Of a stretch of DNA of 64,000 nucleotides, positions 1 to 10,381 are shown piece after piece; the first letter of the stretch is position 1, and each line of letters begins with the position of its first letter. Under the pieces are notes generated by a model. It did not search any database. It saw nothing but the letters and a program-made list of their open reading frames with translations, and was not told where the DNA came from. The stretch lies in NCBI GenBank assembly GCA_013151865.1, contig JAADHN010000066.1, positions 8,311-72,310 of the forward strand, read 5' to 3'. Source of the stretch: Kiritimatiellota bacterium (GTDB lineage: Bacteria; Verrucomicrobiota; Lentisphaeria; Oligosphaerales; JAADHN01). A program made the position numbers and the translations under genes.

Positions 1-1
1 G

Positions 2-1627
2 GACGCTTGGTTCGGGGCCCGCTGGCCCTGTTGGTACCAGGTCGACCTCGGAACGCCGACCCGGATCGACACGATACGCGTCATCTTCTACTGGGACGGG
101 CGTCGTTATTACACCTATACCGTGGATGTCTCAAAGGATGGAAAGACCTGGACCAAAGTGGTGGACAACTCGAAAAACAAGACGCCATCCACGGCCCGAG
201 GGACGATTCACCGCTTCAAACCGGTCGAAGCCCGGTACGTCCGGCTCAACGTCCTGCGCAACAGCGTAAACGAGGCCGTGCATGTCGTCGAGTTCGAAGT
301 CTACGGCGCCGGCAAGGCACCCCATGCGTTCACCAGCGCAGAACCGTCCCGCCCCAAACTCCTCCCATTGCCGCCACCGGACAAGGCCGGATTCATCTCC
401 CTGTTCAATGGCAAGGACCTGACCGGCTGGATGGGATCCGTGAATGGCTACGGAGTGGAGAACGGCGTCATGTTCTGCAAGAGCAAAGGCGGCGGAAAAC
501 TACTTACGACCCATCAATTCGGCGATTTCATTTTCCAGTTCGATTTCAAGATGCCCCCCGGGGCCAACAACGGAGTGGCTGTTCGGGCGCCGGCCGACGG
601 CAACCCTGCTTATGCCGGCATGGAAATCCAGATCATCGACAACAAGAGCTATGAAGCGGTCCACCATTACAAACTGAAGCCGTGGCAAGTGCATGGTTCG
701 ATCTACGGTGTGGTCCCGGCCAAAACCGGGGCCCTCAAACCCGCGGGCGAATGGAATCACGAGGAAATCCGCGCCCTCGGGCGCCGAATCACGGTCATCG
801 TCAACGGCAAGACCATCGTAGACGCCGATCTGAGCAAGCTCACCGACACCGCGGACGGCAAGGGCCTCGCCCACCATCCCGGCCTCTTCCGGGACAAGGG
901 ACACATCGGCTGGCTCGGACACGGAGCGCGGGTCGAGTTCCGGAACATTCGGATCAAACCGTTCCCGCCATATACGGTCGGCCCGCAAAACGTGCCGCCG
1001 CCGGGGTTCAAGCCACTGTTCAACGGCAAGGACCTGACCGGGTGGAAAGGGCTGGTCAAAAACCCCGAGGCCCGGGCGCGAATGTCCCCGGAGGCACTGG
1101 CGGCGGCCCAGAAAAAGGCCGACGAAAACATGCGGGAACATTGGCGCGTCAAAGACGGAGCGCTGGTGTTCGACGGCAAAGGCAAAGCACTTTGCACGGC
1201 CAAGGACTACGCGGATTTCGAGATGTACGTGGACTGGAAAATCGAGCCCCATGGAGACAGCGGCATCTACCTGCGAGGTTCGCCCCAAGTCCAGATTTGG
1301 GATTTTCACCAGCACCCGGAGGGCTCGGGCGGACTGTACAACAACCGCAAACACCCCAACAAACCGTTGCTCTGCGCCGACAACCCGATCGGGCAGTGGA
1401 ACCGATTCCGGATCAAAATGATCGGGGAACGTGTCACTGTTTGGCTGAACGGCGAGCTAGTGGTGAACAACGTGGTGATGGAAAACTACTGGGACCGGAA
1501 CAAACCCATTTACCCCACCGGCCAAATCGAGCTGCAGAACCACGGCAGTACACTGTGGTTCAAGAACATCTACATCCGTGAAATCCCGCGAAGTCCGGCA
1601 CCGCCGAAGAAGAAGGCGCCCCGGTGA
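2..1627 (+). CDS. F5/8 type C (discoidin/CBM32-like) domain plus two DUF1080 (3-keto-glycoside hydrolase family) domains; 5'-partial
   Basis: The frame is open from base 2 (DAWFGARWPCWYQVDLG...YTVDVSKDGKTW...ARYVRL, discoidin-like). It is followed by two repeats of LFNGKDLTGW...SGIY/NGVA...EIQI/QVQI...GEWN/GQWN...G.I.LQ.HG...F+NI.I+, typical of DUF1080. Confidence 0.85.
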   Translation, partial: DAWFGARWPCWYQVDLGTPTRIDTIRVIFYWDGRRYYTYTVDVSKDGKTWTKVVDNSKNKTPSTARGTIHRFKPVEARYVRLNVLRNSVNEAVHVVEFEVYGAGKAPHAFTSAEPSRPKLLPLPPPDKAGFISLFNGKDLTGWMGSVNGYGVENGVMFCKSKGGGKLLTTHQFGDFIFQFDFKMPPGANNGVAVRAPADGNPAYAGMEIQIIDNKSYEAVHHYKLKPWQVHGSIYGVVPAKTGALKPAGEWNHEEIRALGRRITVIVNGKTIVDADLSKLTDTADGKGLAHHPGLFRDKGHIGWLGHGARVEFRNIRIKPFPPYTVGPQNVPPPGFKPLFNGKDLTGWKGLVKNPEARARMSPEALAAAQKKADENMREHWRVKDGALVFDGKGKALCTAKDYADFEMYVDWKIEPHGDSGIYLRGSPQVQIWDFHQHPEGSGGLYNNRKHPNKPLLCADNPIGQWNRFRIKMIGERVTVWLNGELVVNNVVMENYWDRNKPIYPTGQIELQNHGSTLWFKNIYIREIPRSPAPPKKKAPR

Positions 1628-1890
1628 CGTGAGGGACTGAATGAGGAGTGGCGATGCCAAAAGGCCTGCGACACCCATGCGACCGGCAAGGCAGTGCCTG
1701 CGCTCACCCTCGCGAAACAGTCCGGGGCACCGACGGACGAGAAAGCGGCGGCAGCCTCTGCCTGTACCGTGCACGCAGACAGATCTCGCTTCTGTCGCGG
1801 ACCGGGACGGTCCGCCTGCATTGGCGCGGCAGAACAGGCGACGGATGAATGCCGGATTGTGAGTCGGCAACACGTACGGTTGCCTGCGGA

Positions 1891-2292
1891 TCAAGTTGCC
1901 GGCCCCTTGGGGGGCTGTACCGCGATGGCGGAAATCTCGACCCGCCCCCCTTTCGGCAGTGCGGCCGCCTCGATACAGACCCGGGCCGGAAAGGGCGGCG
2001 GCACCCGACGGGCATAGACTTCGTTTACTGCGCTGAAATCCGCGAGGTCCGCAAGATAGACCGTGATCAGGACCGCATCGGCCAGGGACGCCCCCCCGGC
2101 GCGCAGCACCCGATCCAGATTATCCAGCGCTTGGTCCGCCTGCTCGGCAGCCGTCTTCCCGACAAACTCGCCCGTCGTCGGGTCGGTGCCGAGTTGGCCG
2201 GACACGAACACGAACGGACCGGCACATACCCCCTGGGAGTACGGGCCGACCGCCGTAGGAGCGTCCGGGGTCGATATGATCGTGCGATTCAT
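1891..2292 (-). CDS. ridA: RidA/YjgF/YER057c/UK114 family enamine/imine deaminase
   Basis: APTAVGPYSQG, VFVSGQLG, DFSAVNEVY and PARVCIEAAALPKGGRVEISAIA motifs. AGGAGG Shine-Dalgarno upstream of the ATG at 2292. Confidence 0.9.
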   Translation of the reverse strand: MNRTIISTPDAPTAVGPYSQGVCAGPFVFVSGQLGTDPTTGEFVGKTAAEQADQALDNLDRVLRAGGASLADAVLITVYLADLADFSAVNEVYARRVPPPFPARVCIEAAALPKGGRVEISAIAVQPPKGPAT

Positions 2293-2389
2293 CTTGCCAT
2301 ACCTCCTGAGCCTCTTCTTGCAAAACTCCGCAGGGCCGCGTGACGGACAGACCCGGACGGATGCCCCCGGACATCCCGGCCCGCGCTGC

Positions 2390-2683
2390 TCAGACAACGG
2401 CACTCTCCGCGCCCACGGCCTGCCGTGCGATCCGCGCGTTCCGGTAATACAGGCAAATGTCGATGAAAACCATCATGCCGTTCAGGGCATACAGGGCCGT
2501 GGCTGCATCGAGGGCATACAGAAACTTGTGAACCACCCCGGAAACATAGCCCACGAACACGGTGTACAGAAACAGGAGACTTTTGCCGGCGTTGTTTCGC
2601 GACCGATACGACTTCACGATCGAGAACGGCCAAGCCAGGCCGAAGCACAGAACCATGATCACCTCGAACACGCTGACTTGCAT
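2390..2683 (-). CDS. Small 3-TM membrane protein, PQ-loop/SemiSWEET-like
   Basis: MQVSVFEVIMVLCFGLAWPFSIVKSYRSRNNAGKSLLFL...; three hydrophobic helices. GAAAGGA RBS upstream. Confidence 0.7.
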   Translation of the reverse strand: MQVSVFEVIMVLCFGLAWPFSIVKSYRSRNNAGKSLLFLYTVFVGYVSGVVHKFLYALDAATALYALNGMMVFIDICLYYRNARIARQAVGAESAVV

Positions 2684-2790
2684 CCGACTGAATCCTTTCC
2701 AAAGGGCGCCCAAGGAATCTGACGGGCCACGCCGGGACCCCGGGGCGAACCCGCAGGCCCTGCAATGTCGCCAGGACAATGCCGGTGTGC

Positions 2791-2818
2791 ACTGTAGGCG
2801 GTTTTGTACAGTTCTCAA
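2791..2818 (-). promoter_or_regulatory. Candidate sigma70 promoter for the PQ-loop/ridA genes
   Basis: Minus strand reads TTGAGA-16 nt-TACAGT, about 110 bp upstream of the start at 2683. Confidence 0.3.
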
Positions 2819-2836
2819 CACGTGGCGACGGGCATG

Positions 2837-5620
2837 TCACTGCCGACGTTCGATGCGGACACGGTCGAGATAGAACACGGTGTCCGACCGACCGATACTG
2901 CAGAATCCCACCCAGCCGCAACGCCGGAATCCCTTCGAACGACAAGGAAGACCGCCAAAGGTCCGCTCTTTCCCATTCGCATCCGTAATCGTAAGATCGT
3001 ACCTCCCCGTGCTTCCCAACGGACATCGAATGCAGATGCGCCGCCATTCTCCGGAAGGCGCATCCATCAGCGGCCTCGTCCCCGGACGCCCGGCGAAAAC
3101 GCCTTGTCCGGCCACGAAACGGAGCGACGGTCCCACCGGATAGTCGCGGGCATTCTCGACTTCGCGGAGTTCCACGAGCACATCCGCGCCAGGTGTCAAT
3201 CGCAGCGCAAAGTCCACAAGCACTGTTCCCCCCACAAAATCCTGCGGACGAAAGAACAGGTAAGGGAAAAAGGGCTTCTCCGCCTTTGCGGAGTCCGCGA
3301 ACTTCAGGCAGCGGCGGCCGGAGGCCGCTGTTTCCGCAGATACCGTAACCGTCGTGTGCCTGCCTGTGCGAGTCACTGCGATCCAGTCCGGCACGGGCTT
3401 TTCTACCGGCCAGGTTTCGAAGTCGAACAGCGTGGGTTGTCGGACGGTCCAGCCGTCACCCGGCGGGACCGACGACGGCAGACACTGAATCGGGCTTGCG
3501 CGCTCGCCTTCAACGAGAACCGCGACGTGAATACGAACGGGGGCGAGTGCAATCGACAGTCGTCCGTCATGCCAGGCACTGGCCACTTTCGTGCCGTCGG
3601 GGACAGCCCGGACAGTCCGGGGGGCACGCGGCCACGCGAGTTCGAGGCGGACCTCGGGCAAAAGTGCAACCGGAGCGATCCTCGCGGTCAGCGAAGGCGG
3701 AACCCGCAGCCCATTGACTTCACTGCTCAGGTTGACGACGTGCAGAACTGACCGACTTTCTCCCTGGGAGCGAAGCGAAAACAGCAAGTGCGCTCGGCGC
3801 GCCGCCCCGGTCACGGCGACGGTGGGGCCGAATCCGAGCGCGGCTGTTGCCGCCACGGCAAGCCATGCGTTGCCGGGGTATGCGAACGAACCGGCATTCA
3901 GGTACGCGACCGCGCCCCGGCCCGATGCCCGCCGAACCAGGGCCGGAACACCGCTGGTGAACCGGGCGAGAACTTTGGCGTCTCTCACATCGAGCCGGAA
4001 GCCCGGCTGAACCCGGTCTCGGAAGGCCCCAAGTACAAGCCCGGGAAGGGTCCCTTTGCTCGGGGCGGGGCCACGCCTCCGCACACCGGTCCACGAGACG
4101 ATCCCGCTTTTTTCGGTACCGGTCAGGGGAAGCAGTGCGGTCCCGACCAGCAGAACCGTGCCCCCCTTGCGGACAAACCGACGGAGTGCGTCGACCGTCC
4201 GCCGATCGAGCCGGCGTTGATTGACCACAACCACCAGGCCGAACCGGTCCGCTGTTTCGCGCAGGATTTCCTCGTTCGAGATGTCTACACCGAACCCGGC
4301 ATCCTGGAGAGCCAGCGCAATCCCTTCCGCCGCCTCGGGGTCGTAGCTCCCGCCGCGCCCTTCGCATCGGGCGTCCGCCCAAGATGTCTCGCTCAGCAAT
4401 ACCCCCACGGGATTGAGCGAACTCGTACGCCCGATGGCCGCCCGTCGGCTCATGACGAATTTCGCGCAATCTCGGGCCTGCCGCTGCACACTCTTTCGCA
4501 GGATGGTCGTGCCCGCGGTCCAGAGGAACCAGGCCCCGCCTGAACTCAGGGCCACCGCCCCCTCCTGCAAGACGCGGTCCGGCGCCAACCCCTTCCGGTT
4601 GATCAGATGCATGATGTCGTGGGGGAGACGTGTTTCCGGCGATGTCTCCATGGCCGACAGGCGGGTAAGCCGCAATGCGGCGCCATGGCTGAGGTCGCCG
4701 CTGAGCGTATCGACCCACCCCGGCGGAGACCGCGGGTCTTTGGACCGAAATCGCCAGGAGTGATTGCTGGTGTACAGGCAGTTCGAGTCGATGGCATGGA
4801 TGGTCTCGGCCATCATGCGCCGGTACGTATCAAAGCGTTTCTGCTCGAAGCGCAGCCACCGAGGCCAGTCCGGCGCATCGGGCCCCCGGGGCGGGTCGTC
4901 TGCACCGGTCGCGTTCTTCCAGGCCGCCCGGCAACCGGGGCAGTAGCAAACCGGCGTCCGGGCATGGTCGCCGTCCACCCATACGGCGTCCGGCCGATAT
5001 CGGCTGACGATCTCCTGGAGCAACGGCAGGAAGACCTGTTCGAGTGCCCCCTGACCGTTCGGCCATGGCCGGCAACAGACGTCGAGGCCGTTGTTTCGGC
5101 CTTTGGGTTGATTCCGGGCGTCCAGCTGAAGCCACTCCGGGTGTTGTTTGTAAAGTCGAAGGCCCCGCGTGTTGATGTAAACACCGAACTTCTTGTGCAG
5201 GCCTCGAACCGCGTCGCGCCAGACGGCGAGCGTGTCCCACTGCCCCAGGCCCGGGTGCGGGCGAATGCGAGTCGGGAATGTGGAAACCCCGGGCGCACCG
5301 AACGCAGATACCTGGATCATGCCGACGGGGATATCTCGAAGCAGGGCTGCCAGTTCTTCAGCCGTATGCCCCTTTCCCACCAACGAGGAATGGTTGTCGA
5401 TGTGCAGGTTGACCAGCGAAGACCAGTACCAGGAATTCCGAGGTCCCGTCACGGCACGCGCCTCTGTGCCGCCAATACCCCCGATGGTCGTTGCCGTCAG
5501 CCCCACGCACAAGATCCGCGTGCAGGTCCGGAACCGGCGGGAATCGGATGTCCCGACGGGCACCTGTCGCGCGCTCGATAAGGCGTATGGGCCTGGGTGC
5601 CTGCTGTTGCCACTCGACAT
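2837..5620 (-). CDS. Secreted glycoside hydrolase: GH29/GHL6-like TIM barrel, beta-galactosidase trimerisation (GATase-like) domain and C-terminal beta-sandwich
   Basis: LHIDNH, EIVSRYRPDAVWVDGD, CYCPGC and RRFVRKGGTVLLVG motifs, with a signal-like hydrophobic stretch. The start is uncertain. Confidence 0.65.
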   Translation of the reverse strand: MSSGNSRHPGPYALSSARQVPVGTSDSRRFRTCTRILCVGLTATTIGGIGGTEARAVTGPRNSWYWSSLVNLHIDNHSSLVGKGHTAEELAALLRDIPVGMIQVSAFGAPGVSTFPTRIRPHPGLGQWDTLAVWRDAVRGLHKKFGVYINTRGLRLYKQHPEWLQLDARNQPKGRNNGLDVCCRPWPNGQGALEQVFLPLLQEIVSRYRPDAVWVDGDHARTPVCYCPGCRAAWKNATGADDPPRGPDAPDWPRWLRFEQKRFDTYRRMMAETIHAIDSNCLYTSNHSWRFRSKDPRSPPGWVDTLSGDLSHGAALRLTRLSAMETSPETRLPHDIMHLINRKGLAPDRVLQEGAVALSSGGAWFLWTAGTTILRKSVQRQARDCAKFVMSRRAAIGRTSSLNPVGVLLSETSWADARCEGRGGSYDPEAAEGIALALQDAGFGVDISNEEILRETADRFGLVVVVNQRRLDRRTVDALRRFVRKGGTVLLVGTALLPLTGTEKSGIVSWTGVRRRGPAPSKGTLPGLVLGAFRDRVQPGFRLDVRDAKVLARFTSGVPALVRRASGRGAVAYLNAGSFAYPGNAWLAVAATAALGFGPTVAVTGAARRAHLLFSLRSQGESRSVLHVVNLSSEVNGLRVPPSLTARIAPVALLPEVRLELAWPRAPRTVRAVPDGTKVASAWHDGRLSIALAPVRIHVAVLVEGERASPIQCLPSSVPPGDGWTVRQPTLFDFETWPVEKPVPDWIAVTRTGRHTTVTVSAETAASGRRCLKFADSAKAEKPFFPYLFFRPQDFVGGTVLVDFALRLTPGADVLVELREVENARDYPVGPSLRFVAGQGVFAGRPGTRPLMDAPSGEWRRICIRCPLGSTGRYDLTITDANGKERTFGGLPCRSKGFRRCGWVGFCSIGRSDTVFYLDRVRIERRQ

Positions 5621-5729
5621 GATTGATCCAGCTTGCCGGTCGTCTCGAGATTGCTTGGGGGGCAGGCGCCTCGCCGGCACTGCAAGTTCGTCGGGACCAT
5701 TCTGAGACGCACTGCAATGGGGACTCGGT

Positions 5730-6539
5730 TCAGTCGCCGGGCGAGGCCTCTCCGTCCCGGGCGGCGGCGAGCAACTGCTCGATCTCTTGCGGTCGGAGAT
5801 GACGCCATTTACCGGGCGGCAGTCCTCCGAGGCGGACAGTCCCGACCGCTGTGCGAACCAGTCGGACCACTCGCAACCCCAGTCCGGCGCAGAGCCGTCG
5901 GATTTCACGTTTCCGCCCTTCGGTCAGCACCAACTCCAGCACCCCGCCAAGGGAATTTCGGTTCAACAGGGTGGCACGCCGGACACGGAGGAGTTCCTCT
6001 CCGTCGCGAATTCCCCGGCGGAACTGCTTGGTCACCCCCGGGGTCAGGGGACCGCGTACATGGACGCGGTAAGTCTTTTCGATTCCGTAACGCGGGTGCA
6101 TCAACCGGTCGGCAAATGCACCGTCGTTGGTGCAAATCAGCGCTCCCTCGCTGTCACGGTCCAAACGTCCGACGGGAAAAAGCCGCCCTAACCGCGCCGG
6201 GAGCAATTCGGTCACGAGCCTCTTGGCATGGACATCGCGGACCGAACAAGTGACGCCGCGGGGTTTGTGCAGCAACAAGTAATGCACGGCAGCGGGCCGC
6301 ACGGGCCGTCCGTCGAGTCGAATGTCGTCGAGGGTGGGGTCCACGTTCCGTGCGGGGGACTCGACCTGTTCCCGGTTTACGGTAACGCGCCCGGTACGGA
6401 TCAGTTCCTCGCAGGCCCGCCGGGAGCCTACCCCGCCGGATGCCAGAAAACGCGCCAAACGAATGCGACGCGACTCCGAGTCGGGTCCGCGGCCCGCGCC
6501 CCACGCGAGCCGCGCGGCCCGACACGTGTTTTCGGCCAA
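5730..6539 (-). CDS. rluB: rRNA pseudouridine synthase, RsuA/RluB family, with S4 domain
   Basis: RLARFLASGGVGSRRACEELIRTGRVTVN (S4 domain), catalytic PVGRLDRDSEG and LTEGRKREIRR. The TTG start at 6539 abuts the stop of the upstream gene. Confidence 0.88.
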   Translation of the reverse strand: MAENTCRAARLAWGAGRGPDSESRRIRLARFLASGGVGSRRACEELIRTGRVTVNREQVESPARNVDPTLDDIRLDGRPVRPAAVHYLLLHKPRGVTCSVRDVHAKRLVTELLPARLGRLFPVGRLDRDSEGALICTNDGAFADRLMHPRYGIEKTYRVHVRGPLTPGVTKQFRRGIRDGEELLRVRRATLLNRNSLGGVLELVLTEGRKREIRRLCAGLGLRVVRLVRTAVGTVRLGGLPPGKWRHLRPQEIEQLLAAARDGEASPGD

Positions 6540-6543
6540 CGTT

Positions 6544-8304
6544 TCACGAAAGCGCCCTCGAGGCTGTTTCGGCGGAGAACGGGACCCACGGCAAATCCCA
6601 TGGATCCGACTCCATGCGGACAGGCCCCCCGGGGCGGACGGAAAGCGCCCACTGAACTCCGGTATCGGCCAGGATGCCTGCCGCAGCAGCGTCCGGGGGA
6701 CGACACAGGCCCACCGGCGCACGCCCGATCTGTGCCGCGATCTCGGAAAGGCGTGCGCCCGACACATCCTCCCCAAGGCCCCTGCCTGCCTCGGAAGCGA
6801 CGGTGCCGGAGGGGGGCGCCAAGGCAAACTCAACTCCGGCCGCCGCCGCGGATCGAGCCGCCGCGAGCAAGGCAGCGTCGGCCGTACCGTCGCGGGACAC
6901 GAACAACTCGGGAGCAAGGACGACAGTGACGGGGAACGCCTCGGCCGTAAGCTCGCGGACCGTGACGAAATCGGCCGGGACCGACACTCGGACCACGAGG
7001 GCGACGCAAGGTTGCAGATAAAGGGACCGGGGGACTTCGCGCAATCTCCGCACGATTTCCGAAACCGCAACGAACCGCGTCCCGGCAGCGCGTGCTCTTT
7101 TCATCCGCGCAATCCACCGGGTTGCGGCGGACGCATCTGCCCCGGCCGCCGTCCCGGGACAGTGCCCGAAACGAATCACGGGCGGCGCCAGGAGTCGGTT
7201 GCGCAGGCAGGTCGAAGCCATGAGCAACCGGCCGGCTGCCTCACCGAGATCGACGAGAAACCGCACTGCCGGCACAAGAGGACCCGCCAAGCGACTCCGC
7301 ACCAGCTCCCGCGCCTCCAGCAGATCCGGAGATGCCCATGATGCCGCCACCGCAATCCGCTTCATCGTGCGCCGTTGCACCAGGGCGGCCCAACTGAGAA
7401 AACCGGCCGCAAACACAGTCGTTCCAAGCAACGCCCCGGCTGCCGATCCGACTCCTACCCCCAACACGGCCAGAACCAACAGGTTGGGGAGAATGGATTG
7501 GCGCAATGGGCCGATGGCGGCAATCCGGTCGGTCTTCAAGACCAGCGAACGGCCGAAATAGGCCCTGCCCCGCCGCACCGCCCACCGGGCCACAGCCCGA
7601 ATCGATTCACGCTGGCGATGATAGCCGAAAGCCCGCCCGTGAAACACCGTCTTGCCGATTTGCGCCAGTCGGTGAAAGAAAACCGAATCCTCCGACCCGA
7701 ATACCAGAGCTTCGTCAAACCCGCCCACGGCGTCGAAGGCATGTCGGCGGAAGGCGCAATTGGTGGTCGACAGGGCTGTAGCAGGCACCGGTTCGGGCCC
7801 GGCGGCAAGGATGCGCGGCAAATTGCCCGCCGGGAAACCGAGCACACCGAGCGCCGCCCCGATACGCCCCAAACCGTCCGATTCGGGAACAATTCCTCCG
7901 CCGACAGCGATCACGGCAGAGTCCGCAAGCGGCGCCAGCAGGCGGTCGAGCCAATCGTCGCCGGGCCGCACGTCGTCGTCCACAAAAACGATGATCCCGC
8001 CCTGACAAGCCGCAACGGCCCGATTCCGTGCAAAACCGAACCCCAAATCGCGACGCGGCAAAAAACGGTAGATCACACCCGGCAAAGGAGCGGGGGCGTC
8101 CCCCTCTTCCACAACCACGATCTCGACACGGCCACTGTATCGGGAAGCACTGACGTGCGCCTGGAGCGCCCGCACGGTCGAGACGAGGATCGCGCGCCGG
8201 TCCTTGCTGATGACCGCAATCGAAATCCGGGGAGCCGGCCGCGACCCCCGACGACCGACAGGCGGAACGTCAGCCGATGCGGATGATTGTTTCTGTTGGA
8301 TCAC
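6544..8304 (-). CDS. GT2 glycosyltransferase with TM helices and a C-terminal degenerate polysaccharide-deacetylase-like domain
   Basis: GFGFARNRAV, IVFVDDD and VGGFDEAL..GSED motifs, then a hydrophobic segment and a NodB-like tail (...DPWDLPWV). Confidence 0.8.
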   Translation of the reverse strand: MIQQKQSSASADVPPVGRRGSRPAPRISIAVISKDRRAILVSTVRALQAHVSASRYSGRVEIVVVEEGDAPAPLPGVIYRFLPRRDLGFGFARNRAVAACQGGIIVFVDDDVRPGDDWLDRLLAPLADSAVIAVGGGIVPESDGLGRIGAALGVLGFPAGNLPRILAAGPEPVPATALSTTNCAFRRHAFDAVGGFDEALVFGSEDSVFFHRLAQIGKTVFHGRAFGYHRQRESIRAVARWAVRRGRAYFGRSLVLKTDRIAAIGPLRQSILPNLLVLAVLGVGVGSAAGALLGTTVFAAGFLSWAALVQRRTMKRIAVAASWASPDLLEARELVRSRLAGPLVPAVRFLVDLGEAAGRLLMASTCLRNRLLAPPVIRFGHCPGTAAGADASAATRWIARMKRARAAGTRFVAVSEIVRRLREVPRSLYLQPCVALVVRVSVPADFVTVRELTAEAFPVTVVLAPELFVSRDGTADAALLAAARSAAAAGVEFALAPPSGTVASEAGRGLGEDVSGARLSEIAAQIGRAPVGLCRPPDAAAAGILADTGVQWALSVRPGGPVRMESDPWDLPWVPFSAETASRALS

Positions 8305-8645
8305 GAGGTGAATACGATGCTGTCCCAGGCAAAGAGCCGGTCATTCTATTCGGTAAAGCAAAGCAACACACACCACCAAGACGTCGGGCCCTGCCGACCT
8401 CAGTCGCGGACCTCTGCCATCCCGCGGTCCGGTCCGCCCCCTCGGAGAGAGGGGTACGGGACATCGGGAACCGAGGGCGCGCGACCCACGCCTTTCCCCC
8501 CGCGGGACTCCCGAGACCTCTTAGGACAACCGGTCAATTGCGGGAGAGGGAACCGACTCGAATCCGAGACCATACCGAACCGGCATCGATTGCGATGCCG
8601 ATACCGACGTCGATTCAGGCCCATGAGACTGAAGTGCACCCTTTT

Positions 8646-8661
8646 TGGACACCTTCTTGCT
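8646..8661 (+). promoter_or_regulatory. Possible sigma54 -24/-12 element
   Basis: TGGACACCTTCTTGCT has the GG-N10-GC spacing. It lies in the long, AT-richer divergent intergenic region upstream of the NYN/kinase/regulator operon. Confidence 0.25.
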
Positions 8662-9074
8662 GGCAATGCGCGGGAGTCACCATATAGTATAAAGGCCGTG
8701 TATTCAACACGGCTCTGCCGTGAGCGCCGCGGCAGGCTTGGTTTCTTGTCCGGACGCGGTTTTTTGCGTCTGCTCGCCGATGTACCGCACGAAGAACGCT
8801 TGTCCGGCGCAACGTGTTTTGCCAGCGACCCGTTTTTGACGTTCGAACGTTTGAAGAACTATCACCACATTACAGTACGCAATTGCCGTCATTGTGCCGG
8901 ACTCACCAGAGTGAACCGCTGCGGCCCCGGGATTTGATGCAGGGCCGTCTTCTGCAGCCGTCGTCCTCCCTTTCAGCCCGCATCGCCCGGCCTTTCACCC
9001 GCGCGTCGCGGACGACGACCGGCACAACTCGCGCGGCCCTGCACCGTTGCCGTCATCGCAAGGAAACCAATACA

Positions 9075-10313
9075 ATGATACGACAGGATCACGCCCGCTC
9101 CAAGCTTGCCCTCCTCATGGACTTTGAGAACCTCGTCCTCGGGATCGAAAACGACATCGGCAATGAGTCGTCTTTCTCCATCGACGCCATCATCCGACAC
9201 CTCGAGGAGGAGTACGGTCCGGTCATCTATCGCAAGGCCTTCGCCGACTGGGGAAAACCTACGTTCGGAAAGTATGCGCGGGACCTCCAACATGCGGGCG
9301 TTGAGATGCAGCATGTCGTGCGCGTCGGCTATAATTCGAAGAACGCCGCGGACATGTTCCTGGTGATTCACGCCATGGACTGCATGTTGACCTACCCCGA
9401 TATCGATGTTTTCGTGTTGGTCACCGGCGACGCGGATTTTCTGCCCCTGCTCACCAAACTGCGGGCGGCCGGCAGGAAGACCGTGGTGGTGGGCACGCAG
9501 GGAGCCATTGCCGGAACGCTCATGGAAAACTGCGACGAATTCATGTGCTACACCCCAGACGGCCTGCTGCCCGTGCCCCGAATTCGCTGCAACCTTACGC
9601 ATTTCAAGCGCACGGTCCACGACATCCTGGACAGGGCCGGCGGCAACATGACCCTCTCGCGACTTTCGGGCGTCCTCCTGCACGAAATGCCGGACGCCCT
9701 TCCCGAGGATTCCTCGCCCGAGGACTTGGTGCGGTTCCTCCGGGTTTTCTTCCCGACGGTGTCCGTCTCGCGCAAGGGGCGTCACTTCATGGTTTCGCTC
9801 AGCGAGGAACCCGAAGGCGCCGGGCCGCAAGACGGCGACTTGCCCCAGTTGTCCTTCGCGGATTACATGCGGACAACCCGGGGGTTCATTCAAGATCCGG
9901 ACCTGCGGGATGCCGTTGTCCAGGATATTTTTGCGACATTGAAGGCGCGGGGCGACGACGGCCTGACGGCCGGTGAATTGAGAGAACTGGTCGATCCGGA
10001 GGCGACGATCCCGGACAAGGAATGGTTCGGTACGGTCTTTTCCTTGACGTGCGGCGGGTGCATCTGGGAAGATCCGGCCACGGCCAATCGACCGGGGGCT
10101 TATCGGCACATGCGCCTGTACCGAGGCGCCGAAGACAGCGAGGAATTTCGGACCCGGTATTACATCAGCCTCTTTTACAAGGCCTTTTCCGAGCGTCCGG
10201 ACATCACCCCGGACGCGTGCAGCGAACTGCTCTTTCCTGAAACGGCCGAAGAACACAGGGCGTTTTTCGAGAAAGTCCTCGAACGACTCCGCGAACGCCG
10301 CACGACCGGGTGA
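9075..10313 (+). CDS. NYN-domain (LabA/DUF88, PIN-like) ribonuclease with a probable OST-HTH/LOTUS domain and C-terminal extension
   Basis: LLMDFENL, RKAFADW, KNAADM, LVTGDADFLPL and CDEF motifs. AAGGA RBS. Confidence 0.85.
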   Translation: MIRQDHARSKLALLMDFENLVLGIENDIGNESSFSIDAIIRHLEEEYGPVIYRKAFADWGKPTFGKYARDLQHAGVEMQHVVRVGYNSKNAADMFLVIHAMDCMLTYPDIDVFVLVTGDADFLPLLTKLRAAGRKTVVVGTQGAIAGTLMENCDEFMCYTPDGLLPVPRIRCNLTHFKRTVHDILDRAGGNMTLSRLSGVLLHEMPDALPEDSSPEDLVRFLRVFFPTVSVSRKGRHFMVSLSEEPEGAGPQDGDLPQLSFADYMRTTRGFIQDPDLRDAVVQDIFATLKARGDDGLTAGELRELVDPEATIPDKEWFGTVFSLTCGGCIWEDPATANRPGAYRHMRLYRGAEDSEEFRTRYYISLFYKAFSERPDITPDACSELLFPETAEEHRAFFEKVLERLRERRTTG

Positions 10314-10381
10314 TGGTCCTCCCCGAAGGGGGTCGCGGTTCGCGAACGGTCAGGTCGAGTTTCCGTGGAGGCGGCGGCCCC

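Noticed and set aside
8305-9074. Long intergenic regions (also 21200-22020 and 47700-48190) as ncRNA, riboswitch or small-gene loci
   Set aside because: Only short GC-rich hairpins and promoter-like AT patches were seen, with no recognisable tRNA or riboswitch consensus and no convincing ORF. An Rfam scan would be needed to exclude an RNA.
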